From the NCBI RefSeq assembly GCF_018350175.1, contig NC_058368.1, positions 197,472,001 to 197,536,000 of the forward strand: a stretch of 64,000 nt of DNA. The letters run 5' to 3'. Shown here one piece after another: positions 38,261-52,344 of the stretch. This DNA is from Felis catus (Eukaryota). The notes under the pieces were generated by a model. It was not told where the DNA came from and made no database searches. It saw nothing but the letters and a program-made list of their open reading frames with translations. Every line of letters starts with the position of its first letter. Within the stretch, counting starts at the first letter, position 1. The position numbers were made by a program, and so were the translations under genes.

Positions 38261-41200
38261 TCCGCAAGCTTCAGGTCCCAGACTCCTCAATGTACTCATG
38301 CTAGAGCATGGCTGATTGTCCTCCAGCCCTGACATTTTATGACACCGCAGACTCTGCATCAGTAAAATGTCAACTCACAGTGGGCCACTGGGAATTCTAT
38401 GAGTCACTCAGGGGAATAGTACAGTCTTAGTGCCTCTGTGACCATAATAGGCCATCTTTGGTGGAAGGATACTCATTTCTTAAATGTCAGTGCAAGAAGG
38501 GAACTTACAACCAAGGCAGCATCTCTTCGTTGGACAAGTAAGGAATCTACCTTTGAACTTCATCATCCGCTCACCAAGTTCACCTGGCACTGAAAGGTAC
38601 AGAAGACAGGCCCATTCCTGCCAAGGGGGTCGAACCATCTCGTGCCACTGGTAATAGGACGGCCATTCTTATGGGCCAGGTTTGAGTGGCCTGGTGCTTA
38701 GTTAAAAGTGGTGGTCCTGGCCTGTCCTTTCTGCTGGTAGAAGGGAAGAGATTGTGCTTTATTATTTCCGCCAAAAGCCCCGAGGTTGGCAGAGAAGCTG
38801 GTCTCTAAGGGTTTGTGATGGTTACTTTCTCACTCCTGATATCAAAGGGGAATTGAGTTATTTAGAAGAGTTTACACTCTCAACTTAAAATAGATACGGC
38901 TTAGCGCTCCGCTTCCAATGTCCATCAGCAGAGTGGAACGGAAGAACCGCGTGGAAACGAGTTGTCAAAGATTATTGGGAAGAAGAGACAAAAGACTACA
39001 AGGAAAGAAAGAAAGCTCATGGGAACAGAGAAGGAAACGTTGCAGTGCCAGCTGCGATATGGGGCCGACTCGAAAGCCGAAGGCCCAAGGTCGAGGGCTG
39101 GAGAAGTGGGTGAGGCTTCTCGGGGGTTGTACGTCACTTGCTGCCAAGCATTTGGCATGCCACGGTGTGCCAACCCTGTCTCCTCTCTGGTCCTCTGTAA
39201 ACAGAAAGGGTGGAGTAATGGTCTTGGCGTCATTTCCAGAGTCTTCTCTACTTGTCACTTTTTGATCCAAAACCACAGACAGATCCCCAAAGAGAACCGA
39301 GAGCACGCTCTGACATCCCTTCTGTCATGTGCCAGTTATTCAAAGCCAGCCAGTGCTTTTCGAAGGCTGATGGACCAGAGCGATGGCACGAAGTACCGGG
39401 TGGTAAAATGCAGCTACGTCCCTCCACTCAGCTAATGAGCCAGGCACTACGAAGCTCCTGAAGACATCAGAATACACCAGCCCACTCCCCCCGCCCCCGC
39501 CCAGAGCCCAAAGTCCCAAACACTTTGAATTAAAACCAAGAAGAAAAGCTCTTGCATTTGTGTATGTGCCTTTTGAAACTGATGAAGCGCTTTCACGGAT
39601 TTTATTTCACGTAAGTCTCACAACAAACGTGAGAGGTATTATTCTTCTCAAATTACCAAGAAGGAAACTAGAATGTGGAGCCAGTGATTCGCCCAAGGTC
39701 ACCCCGGGGGTGCTGGTCAGCCCCTGTCTGCCCTCTGTTCCTTTCTTCATGCTTCCCCTACTTGCTTCCCATCACGGGAGCTTACGTGCTACAGTTTGGC
39801 TACTGGGAGTGTAGGACAGAAGACTGGAGGAGAGGTGGGGAGAAGCCGGCTGTTTGTTCTCTCTCCTCCAGTGGCATCTCCGGCAGTGGCTTCCTCTGCT
39901 CTGTGCCTCCAGCGCCTGCCAAGTAATGTCCTGGCTTCTGGGATCTCATAACCCCACCTTCTCCTATGTCCCTCCAGACTCAGGAGCAGCACCACCTTCC
40001 TGCCGTTGCTAATCTCTGGTTCCTTACGTTCCCAGTTTGGCTTTTCAGCTCCTTCTATCACCTGTGCATCCTTATATTAAATTTCTTCAGTTGCAAGATC
40101 CGGAGTGGTTTCTGTTTTCCTAGTTAGATGACGCCTGAATGCCCTAGCTGGGGAATCACTACTATGAGGAGCTATAGGCATGGCTTATAGGTATAAGCTA
40201 TAAGACGTGTGTGTATGGTCTGTGTGTGTGTGTGAGCGTGCGTGCATGTGTGTGCACGCGTGGGAAAGTATGTGCATTTCACTATTGAGTGGTGAGCGCC
40301 CTTTCACCCGAGAACTGAGCCTACATATCTTTGGATCTCAAGGCTCTAGCACTATGCCTAGCATGTAGCAGGCAGCAGTAAATGTTTGCTGACCCGATCT
40401 ATTTGTTTGGTAAAACAAACCCAGCCAGAGTGGCTGTTGAGTTTATCACTCTATCTCAAAGTATCTATTAGACATAAGAAATACTGGTCCTTCTAGTCAA
40501 TGAAATGTACCAGTGAGCCAATCGGCCACACTCCACAAAGCCACACAGGGAAAGGCATCATTCATGACTTCATGGGATCTTTCGGACGTTGAACCAGTAG
40601 TTATTTTAGATGAGAAATAGTCATTCCTTGAAACCTGGAGAAACGTACAATTTCCCAAAAGAGAAAGTGGGTGAAAATTGGATGAAAGACATGGGGAAAC
40701 ATGGAAAAACACATTCTTTTAAATTACGTCAGTTTCCATGCGGTTATGTAGGCCAAGTTTAGCAGTGTAGCTTTGGCCTGGGATTGAGAGATCTGGGTGC
40801 TGGTGTCCGCTCTGACTTTAACCCACTGTATGGCCTTGGGCAAGTCCTTTCTCTTTGGCCCGTGGTTTCCTTGTTGGTAAAATGAGGAGGTATGATGAAA
40901 TGCTAAAATTTTATGCTAAAAAGTCCAAATGCCTGTCAGTGTCTAGAGAATCAAGCCTAATTTTATTATTATATCAATAATAAGAAGATCTCACCTAATC
41001 TGACTGCAATTTACTTCCCCAGCCTTAACACACTCCCAGCCCTCTATGCCACCTGCTCAGCCATCGTCTTATAGACCTTGACCTTTATGATGTACTATTT
41101 TCTCTATTTGTAAGTATCTTCTCTGCTCCTTACCCCAGCTGGTGGCTCAGCTTAAAATTCCGTCCTTTTTGCTCATTTCCCCCTTCTGTGGGGATATAAG

Positions 41201-41479
41201 GAATAAGGCGCTTTGTCATGGAGAGGCAGTGTGGGGTGCTGATTAAGAGAGTAGACTGTGGTGCCTGCTGCCAGGGTAAGTGTGGTTCAGCCCAGAGCCT
41301 GCAATTTACTAGCAATTGACTAGCGTGACAGAGGGAAAGTTACTTACTGGCTGTGTCTCAGTTTCTTCATCTGCAAAATGTTGGTCATTTTCCTGGTTGG
41401 ACACAGACTAAATTACCTGGCTGGGGAATAACACCAGTATGGGAGCCGTAAACAGAAATGGGCTGAGACAGCACACCAG

Positions 41480-41520
<41 letters not shown>

Positions 41521-41842
41521 CTTACAAAACAGCAAGAGTCTTTCTTCTGTGGTCTAAGCTTATACATTTTTGGATCTTTAGGCTCGGGAACAGTGATCGA
41601 CATGGCAGGCATTAGTGAATGTTTGTTGACATTTAATCCTGGCAAGGATGACATTAGGTAATAGCCCCTGTGCCTACAAGAGTGCATGGCACACAGGGAC
41701 GGTTGGTGATGCACTAGTATGGGCATCGACCATTACTGGTGTTCCGCCTGGCTTGTACTTCCCTATATCACAGCAGGTATCGTTCCACTTTTGTGTGCCC
41801 ATCCCTTTTATTCAACTGTGAGCTAGTCAAGAATAGAGGAAG

Positions 41843-42447
41843 GTTATTGATGGAACTATGTTCCCCCAAATTCATATGCTGGAGCTCCCACTACTTTGAA
41901 GTGTGGCTGTATTTGGAGGTGGGGCCTTTAAGGAAGTGGTTAAGTTGAGGCCACTGGGGTGAGCCCTAACCCAATCTGGCTGGGGTCCTTCTGAGAAGAG
42001 GAGATTAGGGCACATGGGGAGACAACAGCAGGGTTTGGGTGCACAGAGGAAAGACCCTGTGAAGAGGCAGCAGGAGGGGCGCCTGGGTGGCTCAGTCAGT
42101 TGAGCATCTGACTTGGGCTCAGGTCATGATCTCACAACTCATGGGTTCAAGCCCCGCATCGGGCTCTGTGCTGACAGCTCAGAGCCTGGAGCCTGCTTCA
42201 GATTCTGTGTCTCCCTCTCTCTCTGCCCCTCCCCCCCTCCTCGCATTCTGTCTTTCAAAAAGAAATGAACATTAAAAAAATAAAGAAATATAAAAAAAGC
42301 AGCAGGAGGATGGCTTCAGAGGAAACCAACCTTGCCAGCCTCTTGATCTTGGACTTCTAGCCCCTGCAACTGTGAAAAAATAGACATCTGCCATGAAGGC
42401 ACTCAGCCTGTGCTAGTCTGTTATGGCAGTCCTAGCAAACTAATATA
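41843..42447 (+). mobile_element. MLT1A-like solo LTR interrupted by a SINE
   Basis: Motifs cccccaaattcatatg..gtatttggaggtggggcctttaagga..ttgatcttggacttctagcc..gttatggcagtcctagcaaactaata. Confidence 0.8.
42076..42298 (+). mobile_element. SINEC inside the MLT1 LTR
   Basis: TSD gcagcagga. Confidence 0.93.
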
Positions 42448-44225
42448 GAAACTCAGTTTTTATTCATGTATTTGACAAATATTTACAGAGCATCTCTTAT
42501 ATGCCAGGCACTGATTTGCTACAGAGTGTGGAAAAAATCAAAGAAGGAGAAAGAGCTTCCGTCTCAGGAAGCTACTAGCCTACGGGGAGAAATGGACATT
42601 CACAGACTGCAGGAGGGATGTGGTAAGAGGGAGGAAGGAGAGGTCCGTGCGCTTTGAGGACACACAGTGCCGGATGGGGTGGGGACTGACTAGAAAGGGG
42701 TGTTCAGCTGTACGTATTGTCTTGTGCCTGGCGCCACTGAGGTGCTGTGCTCACAGGCAATGCTCTGTAAAGGGGGGAGGGCTTTCCTGAAAGCTCCGAC
42801 CTACATGAAGGGAGGACATTTCTTAGCACTCCAGGAAATAGAGCCCAAGGGCAGACTCTGCTGAGCATTGACGGTTTACAAGGCCCCACAGAGCGAGGGC
42901 AGTGGAAAGACCGATGGATGGGAGGGAGGAGGAAGTGGGTTCTCATCTCAGCCCTGCCGCGAGCTGGTGGTGTGGGGACCTGGTGCAACGCCCTTCCTCG
43001 TCTGGACCTCTGTTTCCTCATCGTTAAAAAATGACAAGGTTAGAGTAGTTCACTGCTACTGTTCTGTAAGATCTTTTCTGAGATCTAGTTCACGAAAGAT
43101 TCCGTCTGGATCTCTGTTTACTTCTCCTTCACTTGAGGGGGTTAGCGATCTTTACTGTTCTTTTTAGTTCACAGAGATTTTATAAGTCTGTGGGTGTTTG
43201 GAAACTCTTGAATCTTCCGTCCCTGAGCATTAATTCATCTCATCAGGCAATTGTCCCTGAGTTAAAAGTAGGCACTAGATGTAATGGGGTCTAGCCTCTG
43301 TTTCCCCCATTGACTCCACTCAGTTGTGAACACTTAGACTGGCTTATCTTTCCAACAGGAAGTTATAGAATCACAACCATGTACTAACCACAAGTCGTGA
43401 GCTTAACAGCTAGATTATCGACTAAGTCAAGGAAACCAAAGGAGGCTACAGAAAACATACAAAAGTAAGGATTGGTCTGTTGAATTTCCTGGAAAGAAAG
43501 CAACGTCTTCCACCCAGCTACTCATTGCAAGGAAGATTTACCACAAGCATCTTAAAAGCCAACTTCTATTAGAAGGGTTTAGAGAGACAGTAGATCACTT
43601 AGGGGGAAAAAAAAATTGTGAGTGTCCAAGATTAGGGAAATGCTTCAATTAATTTTGATACTTCATGTGTAATTTACGCGTCATTTAAAATAGTATTTTA
43701 TAAGATAACTTCATAGCATGTAGAAACACTGTACTGATAGGAGAAAAAAGGCAGGATACAAACCATAATTTAACATAATCGTATTTTCTGTTAAATCTAT
43801 ACTGGTGTCTTTACACTATTCTGCATTTTCAAATTTGCTTCAAGATGTACTCATTGGCTTGATGAGTCATTTAGCAAACATTTCTTATGGGTCCACTGCC
43901 AGCCACTATGTTGTAGACACTAGAGATAGAAGCGAGCCCCAGCCCTCTTGCAGTTTCCCCTCTAGTGGGTGGACACAGATGATAAAGAAGAAACATGGAT
44001 GAATAGGAAAGAGTGCAGACGGTGGTCTGGTGGACCAGCGGGGGATAAGGAGGAGGGTGAGCGGGGCACTCACATCTGGGAGGACAGCGCTGAGGAGGTG
44101 CCTTTACAGTTGAGACCTACTCACACGAAGAAGCCTGAAGATCTGGCAGGAGAGAAGACCCATCAGAGGGAGCCGCAGTTTCCACAACTCCGAAGTGAGG
44201 CAGTAGGGCTAGGTCAGTGATTTCT

Positions 44226-44466
44226 GTTTTGTTTTGTTTTGTTTTGTTTTGTTTTGTTTTGTTTTGTTAAGTTTATTTATTATCCCGAAGGCGGGAGGCA
44301 AACAAGCAGGGGAGGGGGAGAGAGAGAGAGAGAGGGAGAGAGACAGACAGACAGATCGAATCCCAAGCAGGTTCCATGCTGTCAGCCCAGAGCCCGAGGC
44401 GGGGCTCGAACTCATGAACTGCGAGATCATGACCTGAGCCGAAAGCAAGAGGCAGACGCTTAACCC
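44226..44466 (-). mobile_element. 5'-truncated SINEC with an (AAAAC)n tail
   Basis: TSD ggtcagtga(t/c)ttct; (GTTTT)n at the left end. Confidence 0.9.
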
Positions 44467-46293
44467 GGGTCAGTGACTTCTAAGAGCACCTCCAGTTCTT
44501 AAAAAATAAAAACATTGCTTTTGTGTGCCTGTTCACCTTTTCAGAAAGCATGTAAGCTTCTTAAACATGGGGCCCAAGTCTTAGTCGCCTCTTTATTTCT
44601 TCCCGGGGCACCGCCTTGCACCTCACAGGTCCCAGGGAAGGAGTGTGCTGCAGGCCGGTATATGTTGGAGTGAGTCATTAGATCTCAGGGTGAGCTTCCA
44701 CTGTGCTTTCTTGTGAGCTCACCTGCCGAGGTCTTTATCCTGGAGGTAACAGGCAGCCACTAAAGGCTTTTCAGCAAAGCTTGACTTCTGTGTTTTGGAA
44801 AGTTCTGTGTCTCAAGCAGTAATGAAGGGAAGTCTGGAGGGGACCGAAAGTGGAAGCAGAGAGACAGGGAGACACATTGTTTTCCTCGAGAATGTCCCCT
44901 GGGCTGTGATATGGGAGAGAGCCCATCGGTGAAACAGGGACTCCTCATCTGCACAAAAACCCCTCCGTGGTGGTGGGGGGGCAAGCCCTGGGAGGTGAGA
45001 AAGTGTGAGACTCCACCTATTTATAACTGGGGGAAATGAGGCACAAAGAGACAAAGTGACTCACGGGCCAAGGATTTCTGCCTTCAGGGCCTCCTCTCGC
45101 CTAATGTGAAAACCAGACTCCACTTGGTGTCTCATCCCGGGAGGAGGCGGGACTCTGCGTGCGCCAGAATGGAAGGGAGTGTCGGGTGGGCCGGGTGGGG
45201 AAGGGGGAGACGAGCATCCTGGGCAAAAACGCAGACAAATGCTCTGGTACCTTCATTCCGACACTCCCATAATCCAAGAAATGCTAAAATTGGCTGTAGA
45301 GCTTGTGTTATGAAACAAGAGCAGATCAAACAAAAGAAATAAGCCAAACTTGAGTCACCCGATGATGATAATCTGGTGGAGAGCACGCAAACCCAAGCGA
45401 AAATAGATCAGAGACGCTTTCCCAAGAGACACAGAGCTTGGAGATCCTGGAACCAACCGCCTCACGTGAAAGATGGGGAGGCAGAGGTGGGGACGGAAGG
45501 GACTGTCACACCCTGGAGACGGAGAATAGGCTCTTCCAGCAGAGTCGGGACCGGGACTCGAACCCAGCTCTCCCCATTCAGAGGTCAGTGCTTGCCTCTC
45601 GCCTTTACAACTAATTCTACACCTAACCCTTTGTTTACCAAACTTACAGACAGGTGCAAGAGCAGGGGGCAACTGAAATGACTTCAAAACACCTGGCATC
45701 CACTGCGTGTTGCCATGTACACACGTGTGCTCACGCACATACGGACACATTGCTCCCGTTGGTCAAGATCTTCCTCTCGTTAAGTACCACGGACCGTTAC
45801 TTACATAGCCGCATTCATCACCCTCGGTTCCAAGGCACAGCTCATGGAACCCAAGAAGAAATCGTCGTCCAATTCTTTATTTTATGGATGGGGACCGGAG
45901 TCCCGAATGGAGGAGGAGGTGGAGACACTTTAACCAAGAACCCGGGCTCCTAGCCCCCCAAATGCAGTGCTCTTTCTAGTGGCCCGAGACCTGCAGGAAG
46001 GAAAACTGAGACTTTTAAGACACATGCATTACTTTCCATTCTCAAGCACGAGTTCTCAAAAGGAAGGTGTTAGAGATCTTGACAATTTCCAGCTTATTGC
46101 TTTGGCTGGGGCCTGAAATCTTGGCACACGCATTGTTGAAATTCTACAGAAATCTTTTAACTTCTCTGAGAAGTTATCATGATGGTAACAATAACAGTCG
46201 TCCGCTAAATAAACATTTACGGGTGTCCGCTTTGTACCAGCACTCTCTTGGGTCTTCTGAATGTACTTTTAAGCTCCTTTAATTTTCATGCTC

Positions 46294-46500
46294 TTTTTTT
46301 TTTTTTCTTTTAGTTTTAGAGAAACAGAGATAGCACGAGTTGGGGTGGGGCAGAGAGAGAGGGCGACACAGAATCCGAAGCAGGCTCCGGGCTCCCAGCT
46401 GTCAGCACAGAGCCTGACGCAGGGCTCAATCTCACGGACCACGAGACCATGACCTGAGTTGAAGTCGGACACTTAACCGACTGAGCCACCCAGGCGCCCC
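46294..46500 (-). mobile_element. SINEC
   Basis: Full head and T tail. Confidence 0.92.
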
Positions 46501-47347
46501 GATTTTCTTGATCTTATGACGCAGGATATCATCATTCTCATGGTGGTTTTTGTTTCGTTTTGTTTTGACACGGGGAAATACAACTTGGGGAGGCCAAGCA
46601 ATTTTCTCCAGGTCATAGGTCCAGGAGGAGGAGGAGTTGGGATCTGACCCTCTCTTGGCTTCTATTATGCGGAGCACCTCAGGTATGTGGTGACCTGTAC
46701 CACACTGTGGACACCGCCTGCAGGAGTCTCACAGTCCTGGAGGAGAATGGGGCCACATTTCTGCAGACCACATCCTCTTCGGAGGCGCCAAGCTCAGCTG
46801 TGAGCTCTAGTTTACTCGCCAGGTCTATAAGTCGCTTCCAGAGGTTCAAGGTGGGGTTCCAAAGAGCCAAGCCCCTAGGTAGCTGGCTAGGCTCTGAAGA
46901 GGCCGAGATCATTAATTTGAGAGGACTAATATCCTTGAGAGGTTTGGCCCAGAGATGCGAAGGGAACGCAGTAAGAGTGTATCCAAGAGGGATAGACTCA
47001 GACCGCAGAAAAAATATAGAACGTGGGACATAATTTTAAGGTCAGTTTGCTGGTGGGGGCCCCTCTGTGTTCTATGTGAACACGCCTTTCCCAGAAGACC
47101 CTGGAGCATTTCCTGCACCAGACAAAAATTTCCTCTAGTGTCCATGATGCCATTTCATTTCTGTTTTAATGTCTCCAGACAGGGAGCTCACTACCTTTCA
47201 GACGACTATCGCTGCTAGGACGTTCTAGTCTTTATACTGGGCCAGTATACGGGATGCAGCTCGGCCCCTCGGTTTACAAAGACTAACTCTGCTTCCTCCC
47301 TGCTCAGCAGCATGCTGGCTATTTGAAGAGAACTTTCTTTTTCATGC

Positions 47348-47645
47348 CAGTGCTCCCTAAAGTGTACTGGGCAGAGCAGTAAGTTTGCATGATGTTAATA
47401 GGTGTCCTCTATAAAATATACATATTAAAACAGACAAATAGCATTTGTGGGCACGATAGGTTAAACCGGGTCAACCAGGTACGCTTCCTGCAAGTCTACT
47501 CAGGATGTTTACCACACTTGTGCATAGCGCGGACTCCGAAATGGAAACACCAGCCACGCGGCGTTTCCCAAACTTTTGACCTCGAGACCTTTTCCCTCCC
47601 AGTGTCCCTTTTGCTATTTTGGAAAAACCGTTTGGAAAACGCTTC
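47348..47645. mobile_element. MER103-like hAT relic
   Basis: Motifs cagtgctccctaaagtgt..gatgttaataggtg..gcgtttcccaaacttttgacc..tttggaaaacgct. Confidence 0.65.
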
Positions 47646-47741
47646 CCTACGCAAATCTCCGAGCTGAAAAGTCAGGCTCCTCTGAAGATTCCTTTTGAGA
47701 CACATTATTGAGATTTGCTCACTATCTTTGTTCTCTAGTGC

Positions 47742-47936
47742 AAGGCTGTCTGATTACAATACAAGAAGCCCAGTTAAAGTTGAATTTTAGATAAACAATG
47801 AGATTGGGGGGGGAGGTATAAGTATGTTTCATGTAATGTTGGGGACACATTTATATGAAAAAAGAATTTGTTGGCTATCTGAAATTAAATTTGACGGAAT
47901 GTCCTATATTTTTATTTGCTAAATCTGGCAAGCCTA
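47742..47936. mobile_element. MER53 palindromic MITE
   Basis: Near-palindromic ~195 bp: cccagttaaagttgaattttagataaacaa...tataagtatgt..ttggggacac..ttgttggctatctgaaattaaatttgac..ctaaatctggcaa. Confidence 0.85.
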
Positions 47937-48254
47937 GAGGGGCCCCCGATGTCCCCCTTCCTTTGAAAAGTGTGTCCCTCAGAACAGGGCATAGTATTCC
48001 AGAGGTGTACCAAGACAGAGACCATTGATAACCTCGGAAGTCACCATGAACTACACTTCTCCCTGAGATGTTTTTAAAGGGAAGACAGTAATGTTTTTAT
48101 GGATGGTTAGAAGTCTGTCTGAGATTGACAGCTACCTGATACCTAGTATCTTCCTGAACCTCCTAGCAAAATCCAGAAGCCGATTTCCCATCCCTCACCC
48201 TTATTCGTAACCATATTTAAATTTCTCTAGTGTTAGAGTTAAGGAACTTGATCA

Positions 48255-48449
48255 GGGGCACCTGGGTGGCTCAGTCGGTTAAGCCTCCGACTTTGGCTCA
48301 GATCATGATCTCACAGTTTGTGGGCTCGACCCCTGCATCCGGCTCTATGCTGATAGCTCAGAGCCTGGAGTCTCCTTCAGATTCTGTGTCTCCCTCTCTC
48401 TCTCTTCCCCTACCCCCTCTCCCTTTCTCAAAAATAAACATTAAAAAAA
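48255..48449 (+). mobile_element. SINEC
   Basis: TSD gaacttgatc. Confidence 0.92.
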
Positions 48450-48521
48450 TGAACTTGATCCAAAAACCATTTATAAGTCCGTGTTCATTTTCTTTCTCCA
48501 CCATTAGACTGTAAGAAACTA

Positions 48522-48739
48522 GGGGCGCCTGGGAGGCTCAGTCAGTTAAGCGTCCGACTTCAGCTCAGGTCACGATCTCGCGGTCCGTGAGTTCGAGCCC
48601 CGCGTCGGGCTCTGGGCTGATGGCTCGGAGCCTGGAACCTGCTTCCGATTCTGTGTCTCCCTCTCTCTCTGCCCCTCCCCCGTTCATGCTCTGTCTCTCT
48701 CTGTCTCAACAATACATAAACGTCAAAAAAAAAAAAAAT
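48522..48739 (+). mobile_element. SINEC_Fc
   Basis: TSD ttagactgtaagaaacta. Confidence 0.94.
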
Positions 48740-50861
48740 TTAGACTGTAAGAAACTAAAGTGCAGGGACCCACCACGTCAGTCTCGGTCATAGCGACATC
48801 CCTTGTAGCTAGCATGGACTCTGGCATTTATAAGTATTCAGACATCTTTTCAAGGAGTGAATGAATGAATGAATGAATCAAATGCTGTTTGCAGAGCTAA
48901 GTAAAGCAGACCAGCTGACACTCCAAGGGGAAGAGATTGCCCGTGGGGCTTTCCTCGTGGTCGGGATGTGCCCTCCACCTCAGGCTTTCCCAGACCCATT
49001 AAACACTGTTCACCTGTCCCCAAGGCAGTTCTGTTGGAAGATGTGTGTGCAAAACAAGAACATCTAATTGCTGTGACCAAACTAGGACATTTTAGCCAAA
49101 CACAGGCTGTTTTCACGAAGCTGAGATACTTCCTGGAGTCTGTGCAGTTGTTACCAAGGTGTGGAGCTTGGCCCTTCGAAGCAGGCTGGGCTGTGCCAAA
49201 TGGGCATGGGATCGGGGCAAATCACACCAGGCCTTCCCACAGAAACATCGCGATCCAAGAGGGACCGGGCAGAGTGAACAAGCACAGCCTCAGCAGGGCC
49301 TGAGCTGCTGGGGGCGGGGGTGGGGGGGCCTGAGGGGGGGCAGTTAAGTGATCCCACAGCTCTCACTTGGGTAAAGTGCATCTGGTGACGGCCACGAGGA
49401 AGCCGAAAAGCCTGGAGCTTCTGCTCTAAGCCGCGGTTGATAGAGCCAAGCCGAGTGCTGGCCCCTCCCAGCGTGAGCTCACCCAAGCTTGGGGCTTGTC
49501 AATATCGGAAGCATCCTGGGGACTGTCCCTGGAGCGGGCGGTCACTCGTCCACAGCCTGGCACCTGGGGCTTCAGTGCTGGAGAGTGTGGACGTTGCATT
49601 TATCTGATACAGTGCCGCAGAAAGCAGAGGAGGACGGGGAAAAGAACCTGAGTCCCAGGGGGGTCGCTGAGCACAGTAGAACTGGTGTCATTTCCTGACT
49701 GTGGGTAGGAAGACCTGAGTTCAAGTCCCAAGCCTGCCTGGTGGTAGCTCCACGCCCTCAGGCAAATCTTTTAACCTCAGTCTTTTTATCTGTGAAATGG
49801 GATTAGGTAAAACGGCGGATAGAAAAGCCTTTTGTGACCTGCCAAATGCTCGATCAGTATGAGGGACTGTTGGGACACGGTGTCCCCTCGAGCACAGATG
49901 GTCTGCGGCACTTGATGGATCTGGTACCTGCTTCCAGGACAGCATAAAAGAGCACCCAACTGGGAGAGGAGAAGGGCGTTGCTTCCGCGGCCTGAAGCAA
50001 AATAAAAAGAGCTTCAAGTTACGTTATATAATTCTTTTTAATTATAGAAGAAAACAGTTCCGAGCACACGCTGGGAAACATAGGATCTCCGTGGGTAGGA
50101 GTCTTCACAATGTCCAAAAAATCACTTGGGAACATCTTTATGGCCTTAAGGCGTAAGGCTCTAGGTGAGTCTTTAATTGGACATGAATGTGCCTATTGAT
50201 CTCCCTGGAGTCTGTCACTGGCTCTGGTTAAGGACCTTGCAGGCTTTGCAGGAGCAAAACACGTACCAGTGTAAATCCAGTTCATTGGAGGGAAAATAAT
50301 GCAGAGTGTGGTGGCTGATGAACTACCGCCTACTTCTCCCTCTGTTGTGAGATGCTTCAAGCCACCGGGGGAGAATCTTGTTAACGTGTAAATCTGCGTG
50401 TACGTGCGTTTACTGGCCCGGGCAGTGAGGGACACAGACATCTCGCCTTGAAAGGCTTTCCTGCAGGGCTTTGTCGGTTTCTTCCTCTAGTGTCACGTTT
50501 AGTGCGGTGGTCACTTAGGAAATGCTTATACTTGGAGTCCTACCGCTGTCCCCGCCAGGACCTGCAGACGTCGCATTTCCCATCGTTTACATTCACTGGC
50601 GACTCTGTGCAAAGGGCGCTGCGGGCTTGGAGCTGGGCAGAGGCCCTGCTTACAGCTCTGGGAGGACACAAGGCGATCTTTATGCAACCCGACCTGCCCA
50701 CCCTCCCCTCCTTGCCCAGGCCAAGAATAGTCAATGATCATGTTCTGGAAGAAACCCCACCTTGTCATCGTGTGCTCTGAGCCAAGAGGAGTGGGAACAG
50801 AGCAGGAAGGCCAGGAGTGAGGCCAAGTGTAATAGCCCAAAGCTCCAAAGTCGGAGGGTTT

Positions 50862-51077
50862 GGGGGCGCCTGGGTGACTCAGTCGCTAAGCGTCCAACTT
50901 TGGCTCAGGTCGTGATCTCACGGTCCATGAGTTCGAGCCCCACATCGGGCTCTGTGCTGACAGCGCAGAGCCTGGAGCCTGCTTCGGATTCTGTGTCTCC
51001 CTCTCTCTCTGCCCCTCCCCCATGCGTGCTCTATCTCTCCCCCAAAAATAAATAAACACTAAAAAATTAATTAAAAA
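50862..51077 (+). mobile_element. SINEC
   Basis: Head, (CT)n and A tail. Confidence 0.92.
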
Positions 51078-51299
51078 GTCTCTTCACATGCCTCCTGTGG
51101 GCCTGTCTTGCCCCCTGCTTCCTTCTCCTTCTCTGCACACCGACTAAACTGACCTTTGCTCAGTCTTCTTATGCATGAGGTTTTCTCTCATCACAGGACA
51201 TTTGCACATGCTTTTCTACCTGAGTGGCATACTCTTCTCTCTTTCTTTTTCAAGAAATTATCTAGCTAGTCCTCAAGGTTCAGTAGACATCTCATTCCT

Positions 51300-51555
51300 G
51301 GGGTGCCTGGGTGGTTCAGTCGGTTAAGCATCAGGTTTTTGGTTTCAGCTCAGGTCATGATTTCACAGCTGGTGAGTTTGAGCCTCGACTGGGGCTCCGT
51401 GCTGACAGTGCAAGACCTGCTTGGGATTCTCTCTCTCCTCTGTCTCTCTCCTCTCTCTCTCCTTCTGCCCCTTCCGCACTCATGTGCTCTGTTTCTCTCT
51501 CTCTCTCTGTCTCTCTCTCAAAGTAAATGAATAAACTTAAGAAAGAAAAAAAGAA
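51300..51555 (+). mobile_element. SINEC (older subfamily)
   Basis: Head, long (CT)n and A tail. Confidence 0.9.
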
Positions 51556-51975
51556 ACCTCACTTCTTTGGGGGAACCTTTGCAGAGCTCTTAGATGCCCT
51601 CAAAACACCATACACCTCCTCCCTAGCACATACCACAGTTGCAACTTTGTATGCATTTTAAAAAACTTCTCTCTTGCATTACACACAAACTCAGTAAGGG
51701 CAAAGATAAACTGTGTTCTTCAACACCTAACAATCCCTGGCACTTAATAGGAACTCAATACACATGTATGAAATGAAGGGTGTATATTCTTACCAAGGAA
51801 AAGGGGTCTGCATGTGAACCTGAATCCACTTGGGGAGCAGTGGGACCGTGATTACATGACGTGGCGCCTTTGCTCATTTGGAGCACACAAAAGTGTGCTT
51901 AGGCATCGCATGTGTGTATTTCTCTAAGGTTTAGGTCTGAGTATGTCTGTGTCCTGTATGTGTGGATGTATTCTC

Positions 51976-52187
51976 TTTTTTTTAATGTTTTATTTATTTT
52001 TGAGACAGAGAGAGACAGAGCATGAACGGGGGAGGGGCAGAGAGAGAGGGAGACGCAGAATCTGAAGCAGGCTCCAGGCTCTGAGCTGTCAGCACAGAGC
52101 CCGACGCGGGGCTCGAACTCACGGACCGTGAGGTCATGACCTGAGCCAAAGTCAGACGCTTAACTGACTGAGCCACCCAGGCGCCCC
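51976..52187 (-). mobile_element. SINEC_Fc
   Basis: TSD tgtgtggatgtattct. Confidence 0.94.
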
Positions 52188-52306
52188 TGTGTGGATGTAT
52201 TCTTATGGGGGTATACACGAAAGAACCTAGTTGTGGCCACATAGCTATGTGGAAATGTGCATATATATGTATTTGTGTGGATATTGGTATAGGCATCGGG
52301 GTTAAA

Positions 52307-52344
<38 letters not shown>

